Shown here: positions 1 through 10,125 of the stretch, in pieces
Numbering within the stretch: the first letter of the stretch is position 1
Layout: the number at the start of each line of letters is the position of its first letter
Source of the DNA: an uncultured Thermococci archaeon
GTDB lineage: Archaea > Methanobacteriota_B > Thermococci > Thermococcales > Thermococcaceae
Direction of reading: 5' to 3'
DNA length: 29,248 nucleotides
NCBI GenBank assembly: GCA_964487115.1
Contig: CAZAPD010000008.1
Coordinates: 1 to 29,248 of the forward strand
The notes under the pieces: generated by a model
What the model saw: the letters and a program-made list of their open reading frames with translations, nothing else
Told to the model about the DNA's origin: nothing
Database searches by the model: none
Translations under genes and position numbers: made by a program

Positions 1-176
1 TCCAGTGGGTTCTTGATAATTTTGACGCTGAATTGCTCCCGCTCCGATATGGCGAATCGGCTTTAACCAATCCTTTTGGAATCGAATTAAGTGAGGAAAT
101 AAAAAAGGCAAGACGCTTTTATCCTGACAGACACGGAACAAGCGGCTTCTTTGTTGCTAAGATCCGGAGGATATAA
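1..176 (+). CDS. 3' end of RsmB/NOL1/NOP2/Sun-family RNA (cytosine-C5) methyltransferase (partial, begins before the window)
   Basis: Not in the ORF track. The frame from base 3 reads QWVLDNFDAELLPLRYGESALTNPFGIELSEEIKKARRFYPDRHGTSGFFVAKIRRI* (TAA 174-176). RFYPxxHxTxGFFVAKI is the typical C-terminal motif of this family. Confidence 0.85.
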   Translation, partial: QWVLDNFDAELLPLRYGESALTNPFGIELSEEIKKARRFYPDRHGTSGFFVAKIRRI

Positions 177-1125
177 GCTTGTCTTCTATCTCATGAAGAC
201 TCCGAAGAACATCCGGGGTTAGGAGGGATTCAAGCTCTTCTCTCGCTTTTTTTGCAACTTCGAACTTTTCCAGGCCTTTGGCGATGGATACCCAGCTTAT
301 TTTTTTTCCTTCAAGGAATACATCTATATCGCAGAATCTTTTATATCCCCTGTACTCCAATCCTTTAAGCAGGAATTTTACCTTTTCTGGTTTTTCCCAT
401 GTTATCAGTTTGAGCTTGTATACTGGAACACGCATGAAAGGTCGGGGATAATCCCAGTCCCAGCCTTCGCTCACAACAAAACCCCAGTCAAGATCTTCAA
501 TGACGAGGAAGAGTCTCTCCAGGTTTTCTTCATAACGCTTTTCTGTATCATAAACCTTTATCGTTAGCTCATTCCATCCCTCTGGCATTGTTTTATGCAT
601 TATAATCGGAAGATGGACAACTAAATCTCTGTAAAGCTCCATAAAGGGCTGTTTTACGAGAATTCCCTCGTCAATGTCTTTCATTTTTAATGGGAGGTTT
701 AACTTCTTGGTTGTGATGAGAATTAGCGTGTCCTTTTCTTCCCCCTCCATTAGCCCGCCTGCGAAGCCTGTTTTCTTTCCCTTATATCTCTGGATTATAT
801 CCTCAGCAGCTTTATCTGGATTTGCCGGAACTCTCAGGATTATGTGCTTGGCCTCTATGATTATTTCTTGAACGGGGAGTTTGGCGTTCATGATTTCCTT
901 AAGAACAATGTCGACCCTTTCTTTTATCAGGTACACACTTTTTCTGGAATTAAAAGGTGTGCCCTTTTCAGCCCCTGCCGGAACCAATATTGTCTCGAAC
1001 TCTTGGCTCTCCCCCAAGGCTCTGTCGAATGCAACTGGTTCAACATTGAAGAGATTTTCAATATCCCTGCCGATTTCTTCAGGTTTAATAAAAACTATCG
1101 ATGGCCCAAATCTCAAAACTCTCAT
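157..1125 (-). CDS. Uncharacterised 322-aa protein with duplicated N-terminal domain and CitX-like RxxDIDV C-terminal segment
   Basis: Long ORF whose ATG overlaps the upstream gene's stop (TAATG at 1127-1123). Its 3' end overlaps the convergent methyltransferase by 20 bp. Confidence 0.85.
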   Translation of the reverse strand: MRVLRFGPSIVFIKPEEIGRDIENLFNVEPVAFDRALGESQEFETILVPAGAEKGTPFNSRKSVYLIKERVDIVLKEIMNAKLPVQEIIIEAKHIILRVPANPDKAAEDIIQRYKGKKTGFAGGLMEGEEKDTLILITTKKLNLPLKMKDIDEGILVKQPFMELYRDLVVHLPIIMHKTMPEGWNELTIKVYDTEKRYEENLERLFLVIEDLDWGFVVSEGWDWDYPRPFMRVPVYKLKLITWEKPEKVKFLLKGLEYRGYKRFCDIDVFLEGKKISWVSIAKGLEKFEVAKKAREELESLLTPDVLRSLHEIEDKLISSGS

Positions 1126-1715
1126 TATAATCCCCTCATAAGTTTGTATCCTCTCTCAAAATTTGTTCCATCTGGATACTTAATTTTTAAAATTCTCTTG
1201 CTGGGCAGCAGGATAAAATTTATCGCCAAAACTCCATTCAACCCTCCTGAAATTGACCTGAAGTTATGTCCGTAGAGCTTGAAATCCACATTCTTTATAT
1301 TGATAACGTCCCTGTATGAGTGTCCCACTGCCAGTCTGAGTCCTCCAATCTCTATTATACTGCCCGGAGCTGTAAGACGGCTCTTCCTGACAAGCCTCCT
1401 CAAAATATCAACGTCGTCTTCATTCCCCGGTACGATATAAACCTCACTTTTTGAGTTTTCCAGTATCTGGATGAGTTTTTTTACCGAGTTTTCATATCTA
1501 TTTTTGAGTTCCGGTCTGCGTTCTATCTTGAAGTTATCGGCCAGATCCCCTGTATGAATTATATATTCCGGTTGGATTTTTTCGATCAGATTCAGTATGA
1601 AGGGGTATATGTTGTCCGGAGTATCACTTAGATGCATGATTTTTGTCTCTTCGGCTGATATAAGTGCCTCCGGAAGCTTTTCTCTCCTGAGGAAGCTTGG
1701 CAGTTTAAGTCTCAT
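1125..1715 (-). CDS. Calcineurin-like metallophosphoesterase family protein with degenerate motifs
   Basis: Motifs HLSDTP, IIHTGDL, VPGNED, VGHS, YGHN. ATG 1715 preferred over GTG 1736 because the TATA element at 1737-1746 lies about 22 nt upstream of 1715. Confidence 0.85.
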   Translation of the reverse strand: MRLKLPSFLRREKLPEALISAEETKIMHLSDTPDNIYPFILNLIEKIQPEYIIHTGDLADNFKIERRPELKNRYENSVKKLIQILENSKSEVYIVPGNEDDVDILRRLVRKSRLTAPGSIIEIGGLRLAVGHSYRDVINIKNVDFKLYGHNFRSISGGLNGVLAINFILLPSKRILKIKYPDGTNFERGYKLMRGL

Positions 1716-1736
1716 CTCGATATTATTGGAGGACAC

Positions 1737-1746
1737 TTTATATATA
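1737..1746. promoter_or_regulatory. TATA element (TTTATATATA) in the 59-bp divergent intergenic region
   Basis: Only TATA-like run between ATG 1715 (-) and ATG 1775 (+). The minus strand reads CCAAAGG-TATATATAAA (BRE-TATA). Confidence 0.65.
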
Positions 1747-1774
1747 CCTTTGGTGAAGCATTCCCGGTGATATC

Positions 1775-3531
<1,757 letters not shown>

Positions 3532-3566
3532 GCTAATCAGCATCAAAAACTTGGGAGGAGGGGCTA

Positions 3567-4883
3567 ATGAAACGGTTAGTAACTCTTATGACTCTCCTGA
3601 TTGTCGGATATATGGTTGGAATATGGACATTTCTTGTATTTCCTCAAATCTTAATTAAAAGTGGAATCAGAGGACTTTTATTGTATATATTCGTCACAGC
3701 GTTTTTTGTTGTAGTTCCTTATTTAGAGATCGAAGCAACGAAGAGAACGCGATATTTATTTGTAGAATACCTGACTAAAATCTCACGTTTTCCCGGTATT
3801 GCGATAAGTTTCGTGATTTTTGGTATAATCGGAAGTTCTTTAATCCTTTATTATTCGTCTTCAGTTCTCATAAGAGCCCTCGTAACCTATGATATTCTGT
3901 ATCTCGCATTGATTTTGTTGCTATCTCTGCTGTTGGCTTCTTTAGTGCTCTTCCATGCCAAGGAGAAAACTTTAATTTTAATGACTTGGTTTTCGGTGGT
4001 ATTTATACTGTTTATCACTGTTTCATTCTTCATTATCAGGAACTACACTTTAACAGCTTCTGAGAAGTCCCTCCCGATACAATTAGCTTTAGAGACGTTA
4101 ATAACACATATCACAGCAACTAATGCTCCATTGACAATACAGGATATTATTAAAATAATTATTCTTGGATTTTCAAGTTTAGGTTTAGGTTATGGGTTTT
4201 TCATGGTAATGGGGACGTTTCTTCCCAAAGAAGCAGATTCCAGAAAGATTATTGGTGTTGGGTATGTTCTTCAACTTCTTGTTGGAGTCATTGTGACGTA
4301 TATCTTTGTTTATGCATTGGCGGCAACCTTTCCAGGAACAGCTTTGTTGTATGGTGAATCGGGAATTACAGAAGCGTTGAAATTTATAAAAGATATAATC
4401 GGAGCATTGGCAGTTGCCCATTCTCCAGAGGCTACGCGTGTTCTATATCTTCTGGTCTTTTCAATATATCTTGCTGGAATGACAACTTTAATACCGCTAC
4501 TCGAAACCCTCGGACATATTGTGAGTGAATCCACGCAGAGCACACGCAATAGTGCGCTTTCAATAACATTGCTGATGGTCTTGGTTCTTTCTATTACCTT
4601 TGAGGTGGATACAATAAGATGGATGTTTTTGGCGGCGTTTTTTGTGTATCTTCCATTCATGGTGGTTTTAGAGATGGTACCTCTAATAAAGAGTAAAGAT
4701 GTCTTTGGAGTAAATGTTATGATGTATGGGTATATTATTGCAGTTATTGGCATAATTATGACATTGTTTTCCATATCTAAATTTGTGCAAGGAAGTACAT
4801 GGCAACAACTTGGGGTGCTGGTTGGAATAGTCTTTGCACTTCCTGTTCTTCTCAACAGTATGCTCCTCAAAACGAGGAGCTAA
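3567..4883 (+). CDS. Multi-pass membrane protein, divergent sodium-dependent (NSS/SNF, LeuT-fold) transporter
   Basis: About 11-12 hydrophobic segments. GYMVGIWTFLVFP, FSSLGLGYG and LAGMTTLIPLLE echo NSS TM1, TM6 and TM8. Strong GGAGGAGG RBS. Confidence 0.7.
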   Translation: MKRLVTLMTLLIVGYMVGIWTFLVFPQILIKSGIRGLLLYIFVTAFFVVVPYLEIEATKRTRYLFVEYLTKISRFPGIAISFVIFGIIGSSLILYYSSSVLIRALVTYDILYLALILLLSLLLASLVLFHAKEKTLILMTWFSVVFILFITVSFFIIRNYTLTASEKSLPIQLALETLITHITATNAPLTIQDIIKIIILGFSSLGLGYGFFMVMGTFLPKEADSRKIIGVGYVLQLLVGVIVTYIFVYALAATFPGTALLYGESGITEALKFIKDIIGALAVAHSPEATRVLYLLVFSIYLAGMTTLIPLLETLGHIVSESTQSTRNSALSITLLMVLVLSITFEVDTIRWMFLAAFFVYLPFMVVLEMVPLIKSKDVFGVNVMMYGYIIAVIGIIMTLFSISKFVQGSTWQQLGVLVGIVFALPVLLNSMLLKTRS

Positions 4884-4947
4884 CTTCAAAAATTTTTTAA
4901 AGCCCCTGAATCTAAACCCTTTAGAACGCTAATTGGAGGTTTGAAAA

Positions 4948-5358
4948 ATGGGAGATAAGACCAAAGTACAGGTTAGCAAGCTCAAACCGGGAAGATACAT
5001 ACTTATTGATGGAGAGCCGTGCAGAATAGGTAACATAACAGTTTCATCACCAGGAAAGCACGGTTCAGCTAAGGCAAGAATTGAGGCAGTTGGTATTTTT
5101 GACAGAAAAGTGAGGAGTATAGTCAAGCCAACAAGCGCTGAAGTTGATGTTCCTATAATAGACAAAAGAACAGCCCAGATTATTGCAATAACGCCTGATA
5201 CCGTTCAGATTATGGATATGGAGACCTATGAGCTCTATGATGTCCCTCTGGAGACTGGAGTTGAAGATGACATCAAAGATCAGCTGAGAGAAGGTATAAA
5301 TGTAGAATACTGGGAAACTCTTGGAAGGATTAAAATAATGAAACTCAAAGGCGAGTGA
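4948..5358 (+). CDS. eif5a: Translation factor aIF5A (eIF-5A)
   Basis: Hypusine-site motif [13 protein letters not shown], 136 aa, GGAGGT RBS, upstream TTTTTTAAA TATA. Confidence 0.97.
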   Translation: MGDKTKVQVSKLKPGRYILIDGEPCRIGNITVSSPGKHGSAKARIEAVGIFDRKVRSIVKPTSAEVDVPIIDKRTAQIIAITPDTVQIMDMETYELYDVPLETGVEDDIKDQLREGINVEYWETLGRIKIMKLKGE

Positions 5359-5387
5359 AGTTATCCTTTTATGTCTCCTTCCTATTT

Positions 5388-6746
5388 TCAACTGGACTTA
5401 CCTCCACCATGTCCAAGCCGTTTAAGCATTCTTTCTTTTAGCAATTCGCTTTTTGAGACTCTATCTGAGAGAGTTTCACCCATAAGCAGTTTGTCTCTTA
5501 AAAATGGTAGCCACAACGTCTCTATTATGACTGAGACCAGTACAGTTATTACAGTTGTGCTTAATATGAGCTCTCCCCAGTTAATGAGTGCTTGATTGTG
5601 ATAATTTAGTCCTAATGCAAGGGGCAGGCTGGCTAATGCAGCTGGAACTATACCTCTGGGTCCTTCAAGTGATATAAAAAGATACTGCCTGAGATTCCAC
5701 CATTTTAGAATTGGAAGAACGGCAACGGGTCTTGCTAATAGTATAACACTCAATGCTATTATGATCCCTTTTGTCAGATTTGAAGTAATTATATGGGGAT
5801 TAATGCTGGCGCCCAGTAGGGTAAATATGAAGATTGTTGCAATAGTAGCCAAGCTCTCGTTAAAATGCACTTCTTTGGATATGGCTTTCATTATACGCTT
5901 TACTATATGGGGATCATCTTTTTTAAAGAATATTTTGTGGTTGCCTAAAACAATTCCTGTGACGGTGGCAACTAAGTATCCGGAGGCCTGAAGGTACTCC
6001 CCAATTAAGAAACCACCGATAGCTAAAGTTAGTGCAAAAATCTCTATTTCGGGAAATCCAGTTATATTTGTCTTTTTTATTACAACATACCCTATCATAC
6101 CGATAATTATACCGGCGATAATTGAAACAGTTAATTCATAGAGGAAAAAGAGAACTGCTGCTGGGTACAATGAGATATAGCGGGCAATATGTTCAACAAA
6201 TTGAGCTGAAGGGGCCTGGGGCACAAGAATCGCTATAGCCACAGATGTTAGGACTATACCCAAGGGATCGTTAAATATCGATTCAGTAACAATGGTGGTT
6301 TCTATGTCCTGCTCAATTCTGTATTGTCTGAATAAGGGAATCAGAGTTGCTGGATCAGTTGCACCTATTATAGCACCAAAAAGAAAGCCAACTAAAAACG
6401 GCACGTTAAATATGTATGAAAAGACAAGTGCCGCTATTATGGAAGTAATTAAAAGACCTATGGTATCTAAAACCGCTATGGTTTTGAAGTTTCTTTTTAG
6501 TAGTTTCCAACTTAAATTATGCCCCTCTGTAAAAAGAATGATGACTAACCCGAAAACTCTCATATAATAAAACAATTCATGGGCGAGCGTTCTGTTAATC
6601 AGTCCTAAAACTGGTCCAACAATGATTCCAAATGCAATGAAAAGTGGGATATATGATATGTTGAACTTCTTGCTTACAAGCATGGAGATTATACCCGCCA
6701 AGAGCACCAATACAAGGAGTACTGCAACTACATGGACTTCGAACAT
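5388..6746 (-). CDS. CPA1-family Na+/H+ antiporter (NhaP type)
   Basis: GATDPATLIP (TDP), ESIFNDPLG (ND) and EGPRGIVPAALA motifs with many TM helices. ATG 6746 follows an AGGAGATGA RBS (ORF track start 6770). Confidence 0.92.
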   Translation of the reverse strand: MFEVHVVAVLLVLVLLAGIISMLVSKKFNISYIPLFIAFGIIVGPVLGLINRTLAHELFYYMRVFGLVIILFTEGHNLSWKLLKRNFKTIAVLDTIGLLITSIIAALVFSYIFNVPFLVGFLFGAIIGATDPATLIPLFRQYRIEQDIETTIVTESIFNDPLGIVLTSVAIAILVPQAPSAQFVEHIARYISLYPAAVLFFLYELTVSIIAGIIIGMIGYVVIKKTNITGFPEIEIFALTLAIGGFLIGEYLQASGYLVATVTGIVLGNHKIFFKKDDPHIVKRIMKAISKEVHFNESLATIATIFIFTLLGASINPHIITSNLTKGIIIALSVILLARPVAVLPILKWWNLRQYLFISLEGPRGIVPAALASLPLALGLNYHNQALINWGELILSTTVITVLVSVIIETLWLPFLRDKLLMGETLSDRVSKSELLKERMLKRLGHGGGKSS

Positions 6747-6888
6747 TTTATCATCTCCTATGGGTGGCATACCCTGAGATTTTTAAAATCTCTTGGTACG
6801 CTTTTCAAAATATTAAATATTACAAAATTAATTACGCAAAAATCCTTAAATAATTTAGCCGAAGTTAAGTCACAAATGGGTGGAGAGT

Positions 6889-7749
6889 ATGGACTTCCTT
6901 TATACTTATGAAACGTTAAAGTTGGAATTTCCGTTAAGCAACCCTGAGAGGGCAGACTTCATAATCTTAGGTGTTCCTTTTGATGGAACAACATCATATA
7001 AACCTGGAACAAGATTTGGACCGATGTTAATTAGGCATGCAACATTCAATCTGGAAAGTTATATACTGGATTACAACGTGGATATAGCTGAATTTAACAT
7101 AGCGGACATTGGAGATTTATCTATTGTAGCTGGGGATGTTGGAAAAACTATTGAACGTGTTGAGGAAACTCTGAGAGATATAAAGCATTTAAATTCTACA
7201 GCTCTTCCAATACTCCTTGGAGGGGAGCATTCTATAACTTTAGGCGCTGTTAAAGCACTTGAACCTAAAAGTTACGTAGTTTTCGATGCTCATTTTGATT
7301 TACGGAATCAGTATGAAGGAAACCCCTACAACCATGCATGTGTATCAAGAAGGATTTCTGAATTGGGGACCAGAATAGCAATGTTTGGAGTACGGAGTGG
7401 CATAAAAGAGGAAGTTGAATATGCCGAAAATAACAATATTCCCTGGGTTCATGCCAGAGATTACTCATTTGATGCTTTCATTGAACTTGTGAAACCCCTT
7501 CCTGAGCCGATTTATTTATCAGTTGACGTCGACGCCTTTGATATTTCTCTGGTGCCGGAAACTGGTACCCCTGAGGCTGGCGGATTAAAATTTTGGGAGG
7601 TTATCGAAGCTCTTGAATGGTTGGTTGAGAACAAAAAAGTTGTTGGTTTTGATATAATGGAGGTAGGGGGCAATACTGTTGGAAATGTGACAGCATTGAC
7701 AGCGGCAAAATTACTCTTCTATTTTATTGGGATGAAAGGGAAGCTTTGA
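6889..7749 (+). CDS. speB: Agmatinase / N1-aminopropylagmatine ureohydrolase (ureohydrolase family)
   Basis: GVPFDGTTSYKPGTRFGP, LGGEHSIT, FDAHFD, SVDVDAFD and GTPEAGG motifs. ATG 6889 follows GGTGGAG. Confidence 0.93.
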   Translation: MDFLYTYETLKLEFPLSNPERADFIILGVPFDGTTSYKPGTRFGPMLIRHATFNLESYILDYNVDIAEFNIADIGDLSIVAGDVGKTIERVEETLRDIKHLNSTALPILLGGEHSITLGAVKALEPKSYVVFDAHFDLRNQYEGNPYNHACVSRRISELGTRIAMFGVRSGIKEEVEYAENNNIPWVHARDYSFDAFIELVKPLPEPIYLSVDVDAFDISLVPETGTPEAGGLKFWEVIEALEWLVENKKVVGFDIMEVGGNTVGNVTALTAAKLLFYFIGMKGKL

Positions 7750-7793
7750 TGTTTTGTTTTAATGCCCCTTTAACATTATAGATTAAAAAAGAG

Positions 7794-8264
7794 CTAACCA
7801 AAGAAAGCACCCATCATATCCATCTGTTCTTCACTAAACGACTTAACTTTGAACTCCGGCATTTTTTGGATTAAATTCTTGTATTCTTCTTCTGTTGTTT
7901 CTTTGACGTTCCCATCTTTAATATGAAAGTATCTTTCCGCTTCCTCGCTCCTGTAGGCAATTAGGAATTCCTTGCTCTCTATATCCCCAAGTTTGACGAA
8001 TATTATATTTCCGCCTGTGTATGGTTTTTTGCATTTGAATGGAAAACTTGATGAGTTGAGCATTGCATCGCCAAGAGCTGAATTTGCCCTCTCACCATTT
8101 ATTTCAGTGAAAAATTTATTGCCTTCAAAATCTCCCTCGATAACAGCCAGGAATTTTTCTTTATCTAACTCTATTAGAGGAGCTCCCTTCTTTTGAAGGA
8201 TATTAAACAGTTCTGGAATAGTTTTTGCATTTCTTAGACTTGCAACAAGTCCTTCAATTTTCAT
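7794..8264 (-). CDS. Hypothetical soluble protein (156 aa)
   Basis: Clean ORF with an AGGAGGA RBS upstream of ATG 8264 and a T-rich tract after the stop. No motif recognised. Confidence 0.8.
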   Translation of the reverse strand: MKIEGLVASLRNAKTIPELFNILQKKGAPLIELDKEKFLAVIEGDFEGNKFFTEINGERANSALGDAMLNSSSFPFKCKKPYTGGNIIFVKLGDIESKEFLIAYRSEEAERYFHIKDGNVKETTEEEYKNLIQKMPEFKVKSFSEEQMDMMGAFFG

Positions 8265-8361
8265 GTTTTATTCCTCCTGTTCTTTGTTTCCCTTTCTTTC
8301 TGACAGTTTAAAAAGTTTGAGATGAGATAAGGTTTTTATCAGATGCTTGCGATCTTTCTAT

Positions 8362-10083
8362 GTGAAAATTGGGAAGAAGCAGTATATTAAAAAATGGGCA
8401 GTAGTTTTGATGTTTTCAATAATAGCTGGCCTATTTGGTGGCTTCGGGGCAATAGTGTTTAGGGGGTTGATCAAGGTAATTCACAGAATTTTCTTCGGTT
8501 TGGTACTCTCTGCTGTAACCGTGGAGTTTCATGGCTATAATGTGGGATATATAATTCTACCGGCTATAGGAAGCTTAATCGTTGCTCCAATTATAATAAG
8601 ATATCCTGACCTTCAGGGAAATGGCATCCCGGAGGTAATAGAATCGGTTATATTTAAGGGTGGGTATATAAGTGGCAAATTTTCTCTTCTGAAGATAGTC
8701 GCAACATCTATAACAATAGGATCTGGGGGCAGTGTTGGTAGAGAAGGGCCCATAGGATTTATTGGGGCATCACTAACATCACTCTTGGGGGAATGGTTTA
8801 AGCTCCCTCCTGAAATGAGAAAATTACTCACCACATGTGGATTAGCTGCCGGAATTGCGGGAACGTTCAACACTCCCCTGGCAGGAGCAATGTTTGCTCT
8901 GGAAGTTGTTTACATGGGTACATTTTCCATAAATCTTGTCCCTATATTCTTTGCGGCTGTTACTGGTCATGCAGTTACATTTGCTATTTTAAGACAATCT
9001 TCTGAGCTTTCTCTTCCTTGGGTTCTAAACTACAAACCTATTGAGCTTATATTTTTCGTCCTTCTCGGAATTCTTCTTGGTGTTTTATCCGCAGCATATG
9101 TGAAGTTCCTATATTCTTTCAACGAATGGCTTAACCGAAGGAATATTTCAAAGAGATACAAACTGGTACTTGGGGGCATTGGGGTCGGCATAATCGGAAT
9201 GTTCCTTCCGAAATATGGTATTTTTGGAATAGGATATGAGGGCATGAATCTTGCGTTGTATGGTCTTCTTCCAATTTCTCTTTTACTCCTACTGGGTTTT
9301 GCTAAGATGTTGGCTACTTCCTTTACGCTGTCGACTGGACACAGTGGAGGGATATTTGCCCCCAGTCTTTATATTGGCACAATGTTCGGTGCTGCTTTTG
9401 GAGTAGCTCTAAAACTTTTAATGCCAGCCCTGGATATAAATCCTTCAGTGTATGCCTTAGCAGGCATGGCAACTTTCTTTAGTGGAGTTACTCAAGCACC
9501 TTTAACTCAGATTCTAATGATAACAGAACTAACACATAGCTATTCTATCTTACCTGCTATAATGACATCATCCACTATAGGGTTTTTAACTGCGAGGTTT
9601 TTCCTTGAAGGCGACTCAGTATATACCTTAAAGCTCAAACGTAAAGGATTTCATTTGAAAACAGGAAAACCCATCGTTCTTGAAATGATATCTGTGCGTG
9701 AAATTATGACAAAAGATCCAGTGTATGTTCATGAATGGGATACTCTTGCTGATGTTGAGAATTTAGTTGGAAAAACCGGCCATGATTGCTTCCCAGTTGT
9801 GAATGAGAATCTGGAAGTTGTGGGTGTTATCGGGGTAAAGGACTTTATTGGAAAGAGTAACTCAGCTAAGCAACTGGAGGTTAAGCATTTCCTGAGGAGC
9901 CAGTATGCAATAGTACACCTTAATGAAACAGCTGAAGCTGCTTTTGAGAAGTTGATGGAGTATGATCAGAATCTTCTTCCTGTGGTCAAGAGTTTTGAAT
10001 ACCGGAAACTTGTAGGTGTTGTTACTAAGAGAGACATTTATCGGGCGTATTACAGGGGAATAGAAGGCATGTATATTGAGTAG
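8362..10083 (+). CDS. CLC-family chloride channel/transporter with C-terminal tandem CBS domains
   Basis: GNGIP, GREGP, PLAGAMFALE, GGIFAP and SVY motifs, then a CBS pair (VREIMT...FPVV; LLPVV...GVVTKRDI). GTG 8362 lies about 22 nt after AAGGTTTTTATC (track start TTG 8347). Confidence 0.93.
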   Translation: MKIGKKQYIKKWAVVLMFSIIAGLFGGFGAIVFRGLIKVIHRIFFGLVLSAVTVEFHGYNVGYIILPAIGSLIVAPIIIRYPDLQGNGIPEVIESVIFKGGYISGKFSLLKIVATSITIGSGGSVGREGPIGFIGASLTSLLGEWFKLPPEMRKLLTTCGLAAGIAGTFNTPLAGAMFALEVVYMGTFSINLVPIFFAAVTGHAVTFAILRQSSELSLPWVLNYKPIELIFFVLLGILLGVLSAAYVKFLYSFNEWLNRRNISKRYKLVLGGIGVGIIGMFLPKYGIFGIGYEGMNLALYGLLPISLLLLLGFAKMLATSFTLSTGHSGGIFAPSLYIGTMFGAAFGVALKLLMPALDINPSVYALAGMATFFSGVTQAPLTQILMITELTHSYSILPAIMTSSTIGFLTARFFLEGDSVYTLKLKRKGFHLKTGKPIVLEMISVREIMTKDPVYVHEWDTLADVENLVGKTGHDCFPVVNENLEVVGVIGVKDFIGKSNSAKQLEVKHFLRSQYAIVHLNETAEAAFEKLMEYDQNLLPVVKSFEYRKLVGVVTKRDIYRAYYRGIEGMYIE

Positions 10084-10125
10084 TCATGTTTTTAATGGTT
10101 GGAAATAATTTTCATCGGTGATATT

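Noticed and set aside
157..176. Convergent 3' overlaps (157-176 and 19043-19065) as antisense regulation
   Set aside because: Short tail-to-tail overlaps are common in compact Thermococcales genomes and nothing else supports a regulatory role.
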